Source of the DNA: an uncultured Bdellovibrionales bacterium
GTDB lineage: Bacteria > Patescibacteriota > Minisyncoccia > Moranbacterales > DUUL01
Assembly: GCA_964505305.1 (NCBI GenBank)
Contig: CAZDHE010000001.1
Location: 95,967 to 159,966 of the forward strand
Direction of reading: 5' to 3'
DNA length: 64,000 nt
Position numbers and translations under genes: made by a program. Of the stretch, positions 27,491 through 37,533 are shown piece after piece. Below the pieces are notes generated by a model. The model saw only the letters and a program-made list of their open reading frames with translations, did no database searches and was not told the DNA's origin. Each line of letters begins with the position of its first letter. Within the stretch, counting starts at the first letter, position 1.

Positions 27491-27498
27491 AATCTTAT

Positions 27499-27514
27499 TC
27501 CTGAGGACTCGGGA
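27499..27514. repeat. REP-like 16-bp palindrome, degenerate copy
   Basis: tcctgaggactcggga, 14/16 identical to tcccgagtactcggga at 56622. Confidence 0.5.
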
Positions 27515-27757
27515 TTGCTCCATTGGGACAAACCCTCATAAATGACGAATCAATGACTAAATGAATAAAGACCAAATTAGGATTAAGAGATAAACAAAAG
27601 GAATTATAATTGAATTTTGAGAAAAACTTAATTAGTTGATAATTTAAATATTCGGGTTTTGCTTGCTTGGTGGCGGATAGGGATTTTATGATAAATACAA
27701 TTTAGTTAAGAATGACTGAGAAAAAACTTATCCATAAAATTATTTAAAGAGCTTTAA

Positions 27758-27792
27758 TTTAAACCCGACAAACACTGATTGTCGGATTTAAA
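27758..27792. repeat. REP-like palindrome, copy 1
   Basis: tttaaacccgacaa-acactga-ttgtcggatttaaa; 18 bp identical to the reverse complement of 44493-44510. Confidence 0.7.
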
Positions 27793-27880
27793 TAAAAAAT
27801 TTTAGGACTATTTGACGGGCAGATTGAAGTTTCCAAATTTTCTTGAATAATTCATTTTTATAGAATGAGTGAGTTTAAAT

Positions 27881-27910
27881 AAAAAAACCTCTTATGACAA
27901 GAGGTTTTTT
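27881..27910. terminator. Bidirectional intrinsic terminator downstream of rpmA
   Basis: aaaaaaacctctt-atgac-aagaggtttttt. Confidence 0.8.
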
Positions 27911-27940
27911 GAATTATGAAGAGTTATTCTTTTTTGAAAG

Positions 27941-28213
27941 CTATTTAACGTTGACGATTTTGGTTTTTTGGGGCTTGCCTGTAAATTTCCTAATTCTTTT
28001 GGTGGTAAACTCCACCACTCCGTCTTTGAGAGCCATAAGAGTATCGTCGGTGCATCTTTTAACGTTTAATCCCGGCTTAAATTTAGTGCCTCTTTGCCTG
28101 ACAATGATTTGGCCGGCATAAACTTTTTGACTGCCAAAAATTTTAACGCCTAAGCGCTTGGAAATGGAATCTCTACACAACCTTGTTGAGCCCCCTGCTT
28201 TTTTCTGTGACAT
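27941..28213 (-). CDS. rpmA: 50S ribosomal protein L27
   Basis: [34 protein letters not shown]; start placed at ATG 28213. Confidence 0.96.
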   Translation of the reverse strand: MSQKKAGGSTRLCRDSISKRLGVKIFGSQKVYAGQIIVRQRGTKFKPGLNVKRCTDDTLMALKDGVVEFTTKRIRKFTGKPQKTKIVNVK

Positions 28214-28317
28214 ATGAATAAAATACTTAGCCAAAGATGCTCTTGGCATCTATGGAAAGATGAGTTATAATTATTAAAGATTAAATTCCAAAGCTATTGT
28301 AATATTAATTTTGGATT

Positions 28318-28782
28318 ATGTCAAATAATCATCCGGAGGGAATTTATAGGAAAAGCTTAAAGTTTTGGAAGGATAATGAAGAGAGATTATTGTTTGTGGT
28401 AGCTATTATTTTAGTTGCTTTTGCCGGATTTAAAGCCGGGGAAACCAAAGAGTCAAGCAGGGAAGACAGCGAAATCAAGGTGGCCATAAATAATATAGAA
28501 GCATCCAATCCTCGACAACAAAACGCCCTCGCTTTGGGAGAAGCGGCCCAGCGCAAAGGTGTTTCCGTGGAAGGAGAAACTTCTCCCTCGGAAAATAAAG
28601 AAGCTGAAAACAAAGAAGTTGAAAATGAGGAATGTCCTTTGGTAGGTTCGGAAAATTCGGATAAATACCATTCTTCTGATTGTACTTGGGCGGAAAAAAT
28701 CAAGCCGGAAAACAGAGTTTGTTTTTCTTCCGAGGAGGAGGCTGAGGAAAAGGGATATAAAGCCGCCGGATGTTGTTTTTAA
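28318..28782 (+). CDS. Membrane-anchored protein with a C-terminal Ada-like metal-binding domain
   Basis: N-terminal TM; GSENSDKYHSSDC...IKPENRVCFSSEEEAEEKGY...C. Confidence 0.75.
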   Translation: MSNNHPEGIYRKSLKFWKDNEERLLFVVAIILVAFAGFKAGETKESSREDSEIKVAINNIEASNPRQQNALALGEAAQRKGVSVEGETSPSENKEAENKEVENEECPLVGSENSDKYHSSDCTWAEKIKPENRVCFSSEEEAEEKGYKAAGCCF

Positions 28783-28802
28783 AAATTTCTTAAATTAGCA
28801 TA

Positions 28803-29504
28803 ATGAAAAAAAATCTTTTTATAATCTCTTTAGGTGGATCTCTAATTGTTCCCGATGCCATAGATTGGCATTTTTTAAAAAAATTTAAAAAAATTATCAT
28901 AGAACAAATTGAGAAAGGAAATAAATTCGTGATAGTAACCGGAGGAGGAAATACAGCCAGGCGCTATCAGGAAGCGGCCAATAATGTTGCTCAGTTGAAA
29001 AATGATGACCAGGATTGGCTGGGAATTCATGCTACCCGCTTGAATGCCCATTTGATAAAAACTATTTTTAGGGAATATGCCCATCCCAGAATTAATAAAA
29101 ATCCCTGCACCAAGGAAGACCTGGGTCAACATTTTGCTCACGGTGAAGGCTTGATGGTGGCTGCCGGGTGGAGGCCGGGCTGGTCTACGGATTACGTGGC
29201 CGCTATTTTAGCGGAAAGATTGGAAGCAAAAAAAATATTAAATCTTTCCAATATTGAATACGTTTGTGATAAAGACCCTCGCCAATATCCGGATGCAAAA
29301 AAAATTAAGGAAATAAGCTGGAAAAAATTTAAAAAATTAGTTGGAGATAAATGGGATCCGGGACTCAATACGCCTTTTGATCCAATTGCTTCCAAGCATG
29401 CGCAGGAAAGGAAAATGGAAGTTTTCATTATGGACGGAAGAAATTTAGATAATTTAAGCAGCTTTTTCTCGGGGGAGAATTTTGTTGGAACTAAAATAGG
29501 TTAG
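28803..29504 (+). CDS. pyrH: UMP kinase, archaeal type
   Basis: SLGGSLIVP, GGGNTARRYQ, DWLGIHATRLNA, PGWSTD, DKDP, PFDPIA. Confidence 0.9.
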   Translation: MKKNLFIISLGGSLIVPDAIDWHFLKKFKKIIIEQIEKGNKFVIVTGGGNTARRYQEAANNVAQLKNDDQDWLGIHATRLNAHLIKTIFREYAHPRINKNPCTKEDLGQHFAHGEGLMVAAGWRPGWSTDYVAAILAERLEAKKILNLSNIEYVCDKDPRQYPDAKKIKEISWKKFKKLVGDKWDPGLNTPFDPIASKHAQERKMEVFIMDGRNLDNLSSFFSGENFVGTKIG

Positions 29505-29626
29505 CATTTTTTTATCAAATAAGAAAATATCGATTTAGGTTTCACAAACGGAGATTAATTTGTTATTATTTTTGTGAGGAAGCACTTATTTTAGAAAAAT
29601 AATGCAATAAAAATTAAGTTAAAATT

Positions 29627-30367
29627 ATGAGATTGGAAAACAAAGTTGCTATTGTTACCGGAGCGGCTTCCGGAATAGGAAAAGCCATTGGAGAGGAGTT
29701 TCTAAAGGAGGGAGCCAAAGTGGTTTTTTCGGATATCAAAGAAGAAAATAATCTTGTTGATGAAGAAAATGAAGAAAACGCCGAGTTTATTAAGTGCGAT
29801 GTTTCTAACGCGGACCAGGTTAAGCATCTGGTGGAAGAAACCGCCAATCGATTTGGGAAAATGGATGTTATAGTTAACAATGCCGGAGTCGGTTCTCAAA
29901 AAAGTATTTTAGAGGAAACTGACGAGGATTGGGAGAAAATTTTAAAAATCAATTTATTTGGGGTCTTTTACGGAACTAAAGCTGCCGCTAACTATATGAA
30001 AGACCATCATATCAAAGGTTCTATAATAAATATGAGTTCCATTTTGGGTAAGGTGGGATTGCAGGGAGCTGTTTCTTACTGCGCTTCCAAAGGGGGAGTT
30101 GTTCAAACAACTCATGCAAGTTCTTTGGATTTAGCTCCTTATGAAATAAGAGTCAATGCCATTGCTCCCGGCTTCATTAAAACCAAGATGACAGAAGCGG
30201 TTCTGGAAAATGACGATTTTAGAAATATGGTAGAATCCAACACGCCTCTTGGACACGTAGGAGATGCTCAAGATATCGCCAAAGCAGCTGTCTATTTGGC
30301 TTCTGATGAGTCCAAATATGTAACGGGAGAGGTTTTGTATGTAGATGGAGGCTGGAGAGCAAGATAA
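29627..30367 (+). CDS. SDR family NAD(P)-dependent oxidoreductase
   Basis: TGAASGIG, NNAG, YCASK, NAIAPG, VDGG. Confidence 0.95.
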   Translation: MRLENKVAIVTGAASGIGKAIGEEFLKEGAKVVFSDIKEENNLVDEENEENAEFIKCDVSNADQVKHLVEETANRFGKMDVIVNNAGVGSQKSILEETDEDWEKILKINLFGVFYGTKAAANYMKDHHIKGSIINMSSILGKVGLQGAVSYCASKGGVVQTTHASSLDLAPYEIRVNAIAPGFIKTKMTEAVLENDDFRNMVESNTPLGHVGDAQDIAKAAVYLASDESKYVTGEVLYVDGGWRAR

Positions 30368-30467
30368 ATTAATCTGATCTATCTTGGAGTTTTAAAGGTT
30401 ACGGAACTTCGATAAATATTTTAAAAAATTGCACAAAAGCTATTTTTGTAATTAAGGAAATAAAAAA

Positions 30468-31187
30468 ATGTCCGGACATTCTAAATGGGCTAATATTAAA
30501 CATAGAAAACAGGCTCAAGACGCCAAAAAAGCCAAAATTTTTTCTTCTTTGTCCAAGGAAATAATTCTCGCGGCCAAAAACGGAAGCGACCCGGAAACTA
30601 ATTTTCAGCTCAAAATGGCTATAGACAAAGCCGGAAGTTATAATATGCCTAAAGACAATATAGAGAAAGCTATTAAAAGAGGTTCGGGAGAATTGAAGGA
30701 TGAAAACCAAATCGAAGAATATATTTTTGAAGCTTATGGACCAAGTCAAATTGCTATGCTGATCAAGACGGCGACTGATAATAAAAACAGAACGTTGAGC
30801 GAGGTCAGGAATATACTATCTAAAAACGGCGGAAAGATGGTTGAGGAGGGGGCGGTGAAGTGGCAATTTAGACAATCGGGCTGCATTTATGTTGCTAAAA
30901 ATGGGTTGCCGGAACAAAAACTGGAGGAAGCCTTTATAGAAAGTGGAGCAGATGATTATGAAAAAGAGAGTGAAGAAAGTTATCTTGTTTACACGCAAGT
31001 GAAAGAAACTCAAACTGTCAATGAAGAGTTGAACAACAAGGGGCTCTCCGTGGCGGCAATTAATTTGGTTTATGTCCCTGAGGGCAAAATAGAAGTAGGC
31101 CAATCAACGAAGGAAGATTACAAAAATCTACTGGAAAAACTGGAAGAACAAGAGGATGTGGTAGAAATTTTTGACAATTTGTTTTAA
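30468..31187 (+). CDS. yebC: YebC/PmpR family protein
   Basis: MSGHSKWANIKHRK, EAYGP, TDNKNRT. Confidence 0.95.
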   Translation: MSGHSKWANIKHRKQAQDAKKAKIFSSLSKEIILAAKNGSDPETNFQLKMAIDKAGSYNMPKDNIEKAIKRGSGELKDENQIEEYIFEAYGPSQIAMLIKTATDNKNRTLSEVRNILSKNGGKMVEEGAVKWQFRQSGCIYVAKNGLPEQKLEEAFIESGADDYEKESEESYLVYTQVKETQTVNEELNNKGLSVAAINLVYVPEGKIEVGQSTKEDYKNLLEKLEEQEDVVEIFDNLF

Positions 31188-31233
31188 TTTAAACAAAAGA
31201 GATTTTTTGAAAAATATTAAAGACATCAAAAGC

Positions 31234-31725
31234 TTGAAAATTCTTGGTATTGATCCCGGGACCGCCACCACCGGTTGGGGGTTGGTTTCTTCAGACAATA
31301 AAACCCCCCGAGTTTTAGCTTATGGCTGCATAGAAACCTCTAAGGCCGAATCCGACAGCTTGAGGCTTAAGGAGGTGGCAACGGATATGAGAGAAATTAT
31401 ACAAAAGTATAATCCTGATGAAATAGCCGTAGAAGGTTTATATTTCTTTAAAAATTTAAAAACCGCCATCAAAGTAGCTCAATCCAGGGGAGTGTTGCTT
31501 TTGGTGCCGACTGAAATGAAATTGCCTGTTTTTGAATACACTCCTCTGCAAATAAAGCAAGCTCTGACCGGTTATGGACGCGCCGAGAAAAAACAGATTC
31601 AATATATGGTCAAAAATATTCTCGAATTAAAGGCTATTCCCAAGCCGGATGACGCCGCCGACGCTTTGGCTGTAGCTTTATGTCACCAGCAGTCAAGGAA
31701 ATTGGAACTATTAAAGAGTAACTAA
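31234..31725 (+). CDS. ruvC: Crossover junction endodeoxyribonuclease RuvC
   Basis: ILGIDPG, AVE, QSRGV, GYGRAEK, PDDAADALA; start uncertain (TTG 31234 or further upstream). Confidence 0.95.
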   Translation: MKILGIDPGTATTGWGLVSSDNKTPRVLAYGCIETSKAESDSLRLKEVATDMREIIQKYNPDEIAVEGLYFFKNLKTAIKVAQSRGVLLLVPTEMKLPVFEYTPLQIKQALTGYGRAEKKQIQYMVKNILELKAIPKPDDAADALAVALCHQQSRKLELLKSN

Positions 31726-31818
31726 AGTTGGTTTTTTAGCAAAATTATAAATTACTCCTAAATTTGCTTGTTTCCTTTTGCGCTTTAATTAATTTTAACA
31801 TTAAAAATAAACAAAAAA

Positions 31819-33516
31819 ATGAAACAAATTGAAAACAAACGAAAAGAAGATTTGAATTTCTGGTTAATTAAAACTCGCTGGGTATACGCTTCAGGTATTT
31901 TTGTTTTGGATTTAATTGCCAAGTCTCTTAGTTTCACCAATGTCAATTTTCATTATTGGCAGATGATTTTAATTTATCTGGCTTTCTTGGCGTCCAATGC
32001 TATTTTATGGCTTATTTTAAAGTTTTTTAAATGGAATAGAAAAAAAGGCTTTTTGGCCTTTATTGGTTTTTTACAAATCCTGGTAGACATTTGCTTTTTT
32101 GTGGTCATTTTTCATTTTGAAGGAGGAATTGAAAGCGTAGCCTTTATTTTCTTCTTGTTACCGATTTTTTACGCCTCCTTGCTTTTTGGTATGAGGGGGA
32201 GTTTAATCACAGCCCTTTATATAGGAATTGTTGTCAATTTGGTAGTTATTTTTGAATATCAAGGAATTTTAACTCACATTAATAGGCACATGGAAACTCC
32301 CCCCGAGCTAAATGATTTAAACCTTGCTCTGACCAAAACCAGTGTTATTTCTGTTTTTTATGCTATCGCAGCCTTTTTTGCCGGTTATTTTTCTATGTTG
32401 ATCTCCAAAAGGGAGGAAACCATTTATGACAAAATGCAAGATTTAAAAAAAGAAAAAGACAAAATATCTTCCATTATTTCCAATTTTGTTGATCCTGTTT
32501 TGGTGGTTAATCCCAAGAATCGCCTGGAATATATTAATCCGGCTGCTCGGAAAGAGCTGAAAATACCTAAATTTGCAGTCAAGACCAAGCTTAACCTGCA
32601 AAAAAGTCACTCTCTTGATAAATTCAAGGATTTATTTGGCGAAAAAATTCAAGTAAAAGAAGAAAAGGATTTTATAACCGGAGAAAAGATAGAAGAGGTT
32701 TCTATTGAGAGAGATGGTGAAGCAAAAGAATACAAAGTTATCACGGCTAAAATAGGAGGCAAAAAAGGAAAGCTGGGCATAATGAAAATATTTTATGATA
32801 TTACTAGGGAAAAGGCTATGGATAAATTAAAATCTGAATTTGTCTCTGTGGCTGCGCATCAGCTTAGGACTCCTTTATCGGCTATAAAATGGACGCTTAG
32901 AAGTGTTATAGACGAAGAAGACGGAAAAATCAATAAACCTCAAAAAGATATTCTTCTGAAAAGCTATGAAAGCAATCAGCGGATTATCAACTTGGTGAAT
33001 GACTTATTGAATGTTTTAAAGATTGAAGAGGGAAGGTTTGGCTACACTTTTACTAAAACAAAAGTAGAAGATTTGATAAAGGAATCTACGGAAGACTTCA
33101 AAAGAATAATAAAAAAGAAGGGCTTAAATTTAAAGATAGAGAAACCTAAAAGGATCGGAAGCTTCTACATAGACAAAGAAAAAATAATGATGGTTATCCA
33201 AAATCTATTAGACAATGCCATAAAATATAGCGGCAATGTAGAAAATGTTTACTTTAGAGTAAAGAATCAAAAAAACTATTTGAAGTTCGAAATTGAAGAT
33301 GAGGGGGTTGGTATTCCCGAGAAGAGTCGCAAAAACTTATTCACTAAATTTTTCAGAGCTTCAAATGTCATCAAAATGGAAACAAGCGGATCCGGGTTGG
33401 GATTATATATTGCTAAAAATATTATAGAAAAACATAAAGGAAAAATAGCTGTGGAGAGCCGGGAGGGGGAGGGAACAAAGGTTTATTTCACTATAAAAAA
33501 AGACTTATACACTTAA
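31819..33516 (+). CDS. Membrane sensor histidine kinase (multi-TM, PAS-like, HisKA, HATPase)
   Basis: AAHQLRTPL H-box, NLLDNAIKY, DEGVGI, GSGLGL. Confidence 0.95.
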   Translation: MKQIENKRKEDLNFWLIKTRWVYASGIFVLDLIAKSLSFTNVNFHYWQMILIYLAFLASNAILWLILKFFKWNRKKGFLAFIGFLQILVDICFFVVIFHFEGGIESVAFIFFLLPIFYASLLFGMRGSLITALYIGIVVNLVVIFEYQGILTHINRHMETPPELNDLNLALTKTSVISVFYAIAAFFAGYFSMLISKREETIYDKMQDLKKEKDKISSIISNFVDPVLVVNPKNRLEYINPAARKELKIPKFAVKTKLNLQKSHSLDKFKDLFGEKIQVKEEKDFITGEKIEEVSIERDGEAKEYKVITAKIGGKKGKLGIMKIFYDITREKAMDKLKSEFVSVAAHQLRTPLSAIKWTLRSVIDEEDGKINKPQKDILLKSYESNQRIINLVNDLLNVLKIEEGRFGYTFTKTKVEDLIKESTEDFKRIIKKKGLNLKIEKPKRIGSFYIDKEKIMMVIQNLLDNAIKYSGNVENVYFRVKNQKNYLKFEIEDEGVGIPEKSRKNLFTKFFRASNVIKMETSGSGLGLYIAKNIIEKHKGKIAVESREGEGTKVYFTIKKDLYT

Positions 33517-33518
33517 GT

Positions 33519-33547
33519 TTGGCAATAAAGCAAAATCAGTGTAAAAT
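33519..33547 (+). promoter_or_regulatory. Putative sigma70 promoter for the response regulator
   Basis: TTGGCA-17 bp-TAAAAT. Confidence 0.45.
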
Positions 33548-33554
33548 TAAATCG

Positions 33555-33651
33555 TTACATCCTCGCTATGGAAACGGGCTGATTTGGCCGAGAGGCGTGC
33601 GTTAGATAGCGACACTTTTTTGAGGATTACTTGTGTCATCGATTTGAATGT
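33555..33651 (+). promoter_or_regulatory. Candidate structured 5' leader RNA
   Basis: GC-richer island with atcctc/gaggat, tcgctat/atagcga, aacg/cgtt, ggc/gcc and gacac/gtgtc pairings. Confidence 0.35.
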
Positions 33652-33678
33652 ATTTTATTTAAAATTAATTTTTAAACT

Positions 33679-34047
33679 ATGAAAGTTTTGTTAGTGGAAG
33701 ATGAAAAAATATTAAGGGAAATGTGCTCCAAGCATTTAAAGAAAAACAATGTTTCCGTTATTGAAGCAATTGACGGAGAAGAGGCTATTCAAAAAGCCGA
33801 GGAAGAACTCCCCGACGTGATTCTTTTGGATATTATTATTCCTTCAAAAGATGGTTATGAGGTTTTGGAAAATATTAAAAACAATCCCCAGACTAAGAAT
33901 ATTTCGGTAGTGATGCTTTCCAACTTGGGACAGCAGGAAGAGGTTGATAAAGCTGAAAAATTGGGAGCTGATGACTTTATAATCAAAGCCAATACTATGC
34001 CTAAGGAAATAGCGGAATATGTTTTAGAGAATTTTGCTAAGAATTAG
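33679..34047 (+). CDS. Stand-alone response regulator (receiver domain)
   Basis: LLVEDE, LLDIIIP, MLSN, IIKAN. Confidence 0.93.
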   Translation: MKVLLVEDEKILREMCSKHLKKNNVSVIEAIDGEEAIQKAEEELPDVILLDIIIPSKDGYEVLENIKNNPQTKNISVVMLSNLGQQEEVDKAEKLGADDFIIKANTMPKEIAEYVLENFAKN

Positions 34048-34208
34048 ATTTTTTTGGTTGAACAATATCCAAGAGCTATTTTTAGGCAGTGAAAACAAAA
34101 AACAATCGATTTCAAAAACCCTTTTCAAATAGGTTTTTTACTGCTATTATTTTCTTAGGGACTGTTTATGAAGATCTAATATTGCTAAATAAAAATTAAA
34201 TTGTTTAC

Positions 34209-35105
34209 ATGAACATTATTCAGAAAAGGCTGTATTTTTTTATTGTTTCGGCTGTGCTTATTTTAACCAGCGTGGCAGCTTTGTCTATTTGGAAGCTTAA
34301 CTTGGGGATTGATTTCACTGGCGGAGTTTTGATGGAAATTCAATTTGAGGAGGCCGATCCTGGTAAAGACGAAGTGGAGAACACCTTTAGAGAGCTGAGT
34401 CTTGCCGGGTTGGTAGTTCAGCCATCAGAGGGAGGAAATTATCTTATTCGCTACCAATCTCCTGAAAATAAAATAAACAAGCAAGTTAATCAAAAAATTG
34501 AAGAAAAATATGAAAACGCAGAAATTGTGAGAAACGAGTTTATTAGCTCGGTTATATCCAACGAATTAAAAACCAAGGCTATTTATGCTATTGCTATAGC
34601 GGTTATAGGAGTGGCTTTGTATATTTCTTGGGCTTTTCGAAAAATTTCTTATCCGATAAAAAGCTGGAAATATGGAGCGGGCGCAGTGCTGGCCTTGATT
34701 CATGATGTTTTAATTACCTTGGGCGTTTTTTCCTTTTTGGGTTATTTCTACAATGTGGAGGTGGGAATCCCTTTCGTGGCAACGCTTTTAACTGTTTTGG
34801 GCTACAGTGTTAACGATACCATCGTTATTTTTGATAGAATTAGAGAAAATCTCCTTAAAGCCGGAGCCGCCAAGAATTTTGAAGAAACTGTAAATCAATC
34901 TATAAAAGAAAGCATCCCTCGTTCCTTAAATACTTCCATAACAGTTATTTTGGTTCTTTTGGCTATTATATTTTTCGGCGGGGAGACGATTAAATTTTTC
35001 TCTTTGGCTTTGTTGGTAGGGGTCTTCTTTGGAACTTATTCTTCCATTTTTATTGCTTCGGCTTTTGTAACCGAGCTTTGGAAAAGAAGCCTCAAAAAGG
35101 CATAA
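34209..35105 (+). CDS. secF: Protein translocase subunit SecF
   Basis: LGIDFTGG, HDV, GYSVNDTIVIFDRIRE, RSLNTS, GTYSSIFIA. Confidence 0.96.
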   Translation: MNIIQKRLYFFIVSAVLILTSVAALSIWKLNLGIDFTGGVLMEIQFEEADPGKDEVENTFRELSLAGLVVQPSEGGNYLIRYQSPENKINKQVNQKIEEKYENAEIVRNEFISSVISNELKTKAIYAIAIAVIGVALYISWAFRKISYPIKSWKYGAGAVLALIHDVLITLGVFSFLGYFYNVEVGIPFVATLLTVLGYSVNDTIVIFDRIRENLLKAGAAKNFEETVNQSIKESIPRSLNTSITVILVLLAIIFFGGETIKFFSLALLVGVFFGTYSSIFIASAFVTELWKRSLKKA

Positions 35106-35141
35106 CCGCGTTAAGGCTTTGCGGCAATAAAATTTAAGAAA

Positions 35142-36422
35142 ATGCAAGGTATGAATTTTAAAAAAGAAACTTTAAAAAATGGAGCCAGGGTGGTTTTAAT
35201 TCCGATGAAAGACACCCAAACAGTGACAGTCCAGGTTTTAGTAGAGGCCGGTTCCAAATATGAAAACAAGCAAAACAACGGCATTTCGCATTTTTTGGAG
35301 CATATGATGTTTAAGGGCACCCAAAAAAGACCAAATGCTCAAATAATTTCCGAGGAGTTGGATAGTGTGGGTGGAACTTACAACGCTTTTACCGGCAAAG
35401 AACAAACCGGTTACTGGGTGAAAGTTCCCAAGAAGCACACTGATATGGCCTTGGACGTGGTTAGTGATATGTATTTGAATTCGCTCTTAAAACAAGAAGA
35501 AATAGACAAAGAAAGAGGAGTAATTTTGCAGGAAAAGTCAATGTATCAAGACACTCCTATGAGATATGTCTGGGATGTATTTGAAGAGCTTCTCTACGGG
35601 GATCAACCGGCCGGTTGGGACATTGTGGGAAGCGAGGAAAATATTAAAAAGCTAAACCGGCAAGATTTTGTGAGTTATCTGAAAAATTTCTATATTCCTC
35701 AATCTACCGTGGTAGTAATAGCCGGCAATTTTAATGAGCAATCAATTCTGTCCAAGGTAGAAGAATATTTTAACAAGCAAGAAGGCGGTGAATCGAAAGA
35801 GAAAAAGAAAAAAACCGTAGAAAAACAAACCGCCCCGGGACTCAAAATCCACTACAAGGAGACCGATCAAACTCATCTGTTGTTGGGAGTTCGCGCAGCC
35901 AATATGTTTGATCCGGATCGTTACGCCGCGGTTCTTTTGGGGACAATTTTGGGAGGCGGTATGTCCAGTCGAATGTTTAGCGAGATTCGAGAGAAAAGAG
36001 GTTTAACTTATTACATTCAATGCGCGGCCGACCAGGCTACTGATACCGGTTATCTCTTCACCGGAGCCGGCGTGGAACATAAAAACCTAATTCCGGCCGT
36101 AGAGCTTATTCTAAAAGAACTTAAAAAAACTGCTCAAGAATTGATTCCCGAGAAAGAGATAATCAAAGCCAAGGAGTATATTAAGGGTAAGACCTTGATG
36201 TCGCTGGAATCCTCCAGCGCTGTAGCTTCTTTTTTCGGCGACCAGGAGCTTTTCAAGAAGAAACCTCAAAAACCGGAGGATTTATTCAAGAAAATAGACG
36301 CGGTTACCGCCGAGTATATGCTAAAAACAGCCCAAAATATAATCAAGAACGAAAAACTTAATTTGGCTGTTATCGGACCTCATAAAAAGGAAGAGGAAAT
36401 TAAAAAAAGTTTGACTTTTTAA
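35142..36422 (+). CDS. M16 family zinc peptidase
   Basis: HFLEHMMFKGT (HxxEH), NAFT, GGGMSSRMF.EIREKRGL.Y. Confidence 0.95.
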   Translation: MQGMNFKKETLKNGARVVLIPMKDTQTVTVQVLVEAGSKYENKQNNGISHFLEHMMFKGTQKRPNAQIISEELDSVGGTYNAFTGKEQTGYWVKVPKKHTDMALDVVSDMYLNSLLKQEEIDKERGVILQEKSMYQDTPMRYVWDVFEELLYGDQPAGWDIVGSEENIKKLNRQDFVSYLKNFYIPQSTVVVIAGNFNEQSILSKVEEYFNKQEGGESKEKKKKTVEKQTAPGLKIHYKETDQTHLLLGVRAANMFDPDRYAAVLLGTILGGGMSSRMFSEIREKRGLTYYIQCAADQATDTGYLFTGAGVEHKNLIPAVELILKELKKTAQELIPEKEIIKAKEYIKGKTLMSLESSSAVASFFGDQELFKKKPQKPEDLFKKIDAVTAEYMLKTAQNIIKNEKLNLAVIGPHKKEEEIKKSLTF

Positions 36423-36468
36423 TTCTTTAAGGCTGTCTGCTTAGGAATTAAGTTAAATTCAACAATAA

Positions 36469-37506
36469 ATGAAAGAAGAGATTAAGAAAATAGATATTTC
36501 CACCAAGGCGATTTTAAAAGTTGTTTTAATCGGTCTTTTTCTTTGGTTGGTATTCTTGACTCGGGAAGTGTTAATGTTGCTTTTTGTGGCCATTATTTTG
36601 GTTAGCGCTTTGGAGCCGGCCATTGACAAGTTGGAAACTAAAAAAATCCCCCGAGTTGCCGGTGCCGCCATGGTTTATTTAGCTTTTATAGCTTTTTTGG
36701 TTTTAGGGATTTATGTCATTGCGCCCATTTTGCTTCAAGAAATTAAACACTTAGCTGAAAATGTTCCTCAATATTTGGATGGATTGAATAAATTTATGGG
36801 AAATTTAAACACTCTGGCGGTAGACTACAATTTTGAAAGAAACCTTCAATCCTTACTGAATAATGCTTCGGAAAGGTTGACGGATTTAGTCTCTATGGCT
36901 TTTTCCAACACCTTTACTTTCTTTTCCGGTTTATTGAAACTTGTAATTGTTCTTTCCCTTTCCTTTTATTTGGTAGTGAAAAGAGAGGGGATTCGGGGCT
37001 TTATAAATTTCATAGTTCCGGAGAAACATCGTCGTTATTCCATTCAACTTACTCAGAAAATTCAAAACAAGATGGGACGCTGGTTAATCGGGCAGCTTTC
37101 TTTGGCTTTGGTGGTATTTCTTTTAGATTTTGCTATTCTTAGTTTTCTGGGGGTTCCTTATGCGCTTCTTCTGGCTTTAATCGGAGGATTCTTAGAGATT
37201 ATTCCTTATATCGGCCCGGTGCTGGCCTTTATCCCGGCGGTTTTGGTGAGCTTAACCGTTTCTCCTATTATTGCTCTCTTGGTGGCTTTTTTCTATATTT
37301 TAGTCCAGCAAACGGAAAATCACGTCTTGACTCCCTTGATTATGAAAAAAGCTGTCGGACTGGATCCGGTGGTGATTATTTTAGCGCTTTTGATTGGAGG
37401 CACCCTGGCCGGCTTGCTTGGAATATTGATTGCCGTCCCCCTTGCCACCGCCGCAAGTGTTATCATCGAGGATTTTCATAAATTTATGAACAAAAAAGAA
37501 GCATAA
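36469..37506 (+). CDS. AI-2E family transporter
   Basis: IPYIGP, QQTENHVLTP, LIAVP. Confidence 0.92.
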   Translation: MKEEIKKIDISTKAILKVVLIGLFLWLVFLTREVLMLLFVAIILVSALEPAIDKLETKKIPRVAGAAMVYLAFIAFLVLGIYVIAPILLQEIKHLAENVPQYLDGLNKFMGNLNTLAVDYNFERNLQSLLNNASERLTDLVSMAFSNTFTFFSGLLKLVIVLSLSFYLVVKREGIRGFINFIVPEKHRRYSIQLTQKIQNKMGRWLIGQLSLALVVFLLDFAILSFLGVPYALLLALIGGFLEIIPYIGPVLAFIPAVLVSLTVSPIIALLVAFFYILVQQTENHVLTPLIMKKAVGLDPVVIILALLIGGTLAGLLGILIAVPLATAASVIIEDFHKFMNKKEA

Positions 37507-37533
37507 TAATAGTCAATATAAAGTTTTTAAATT

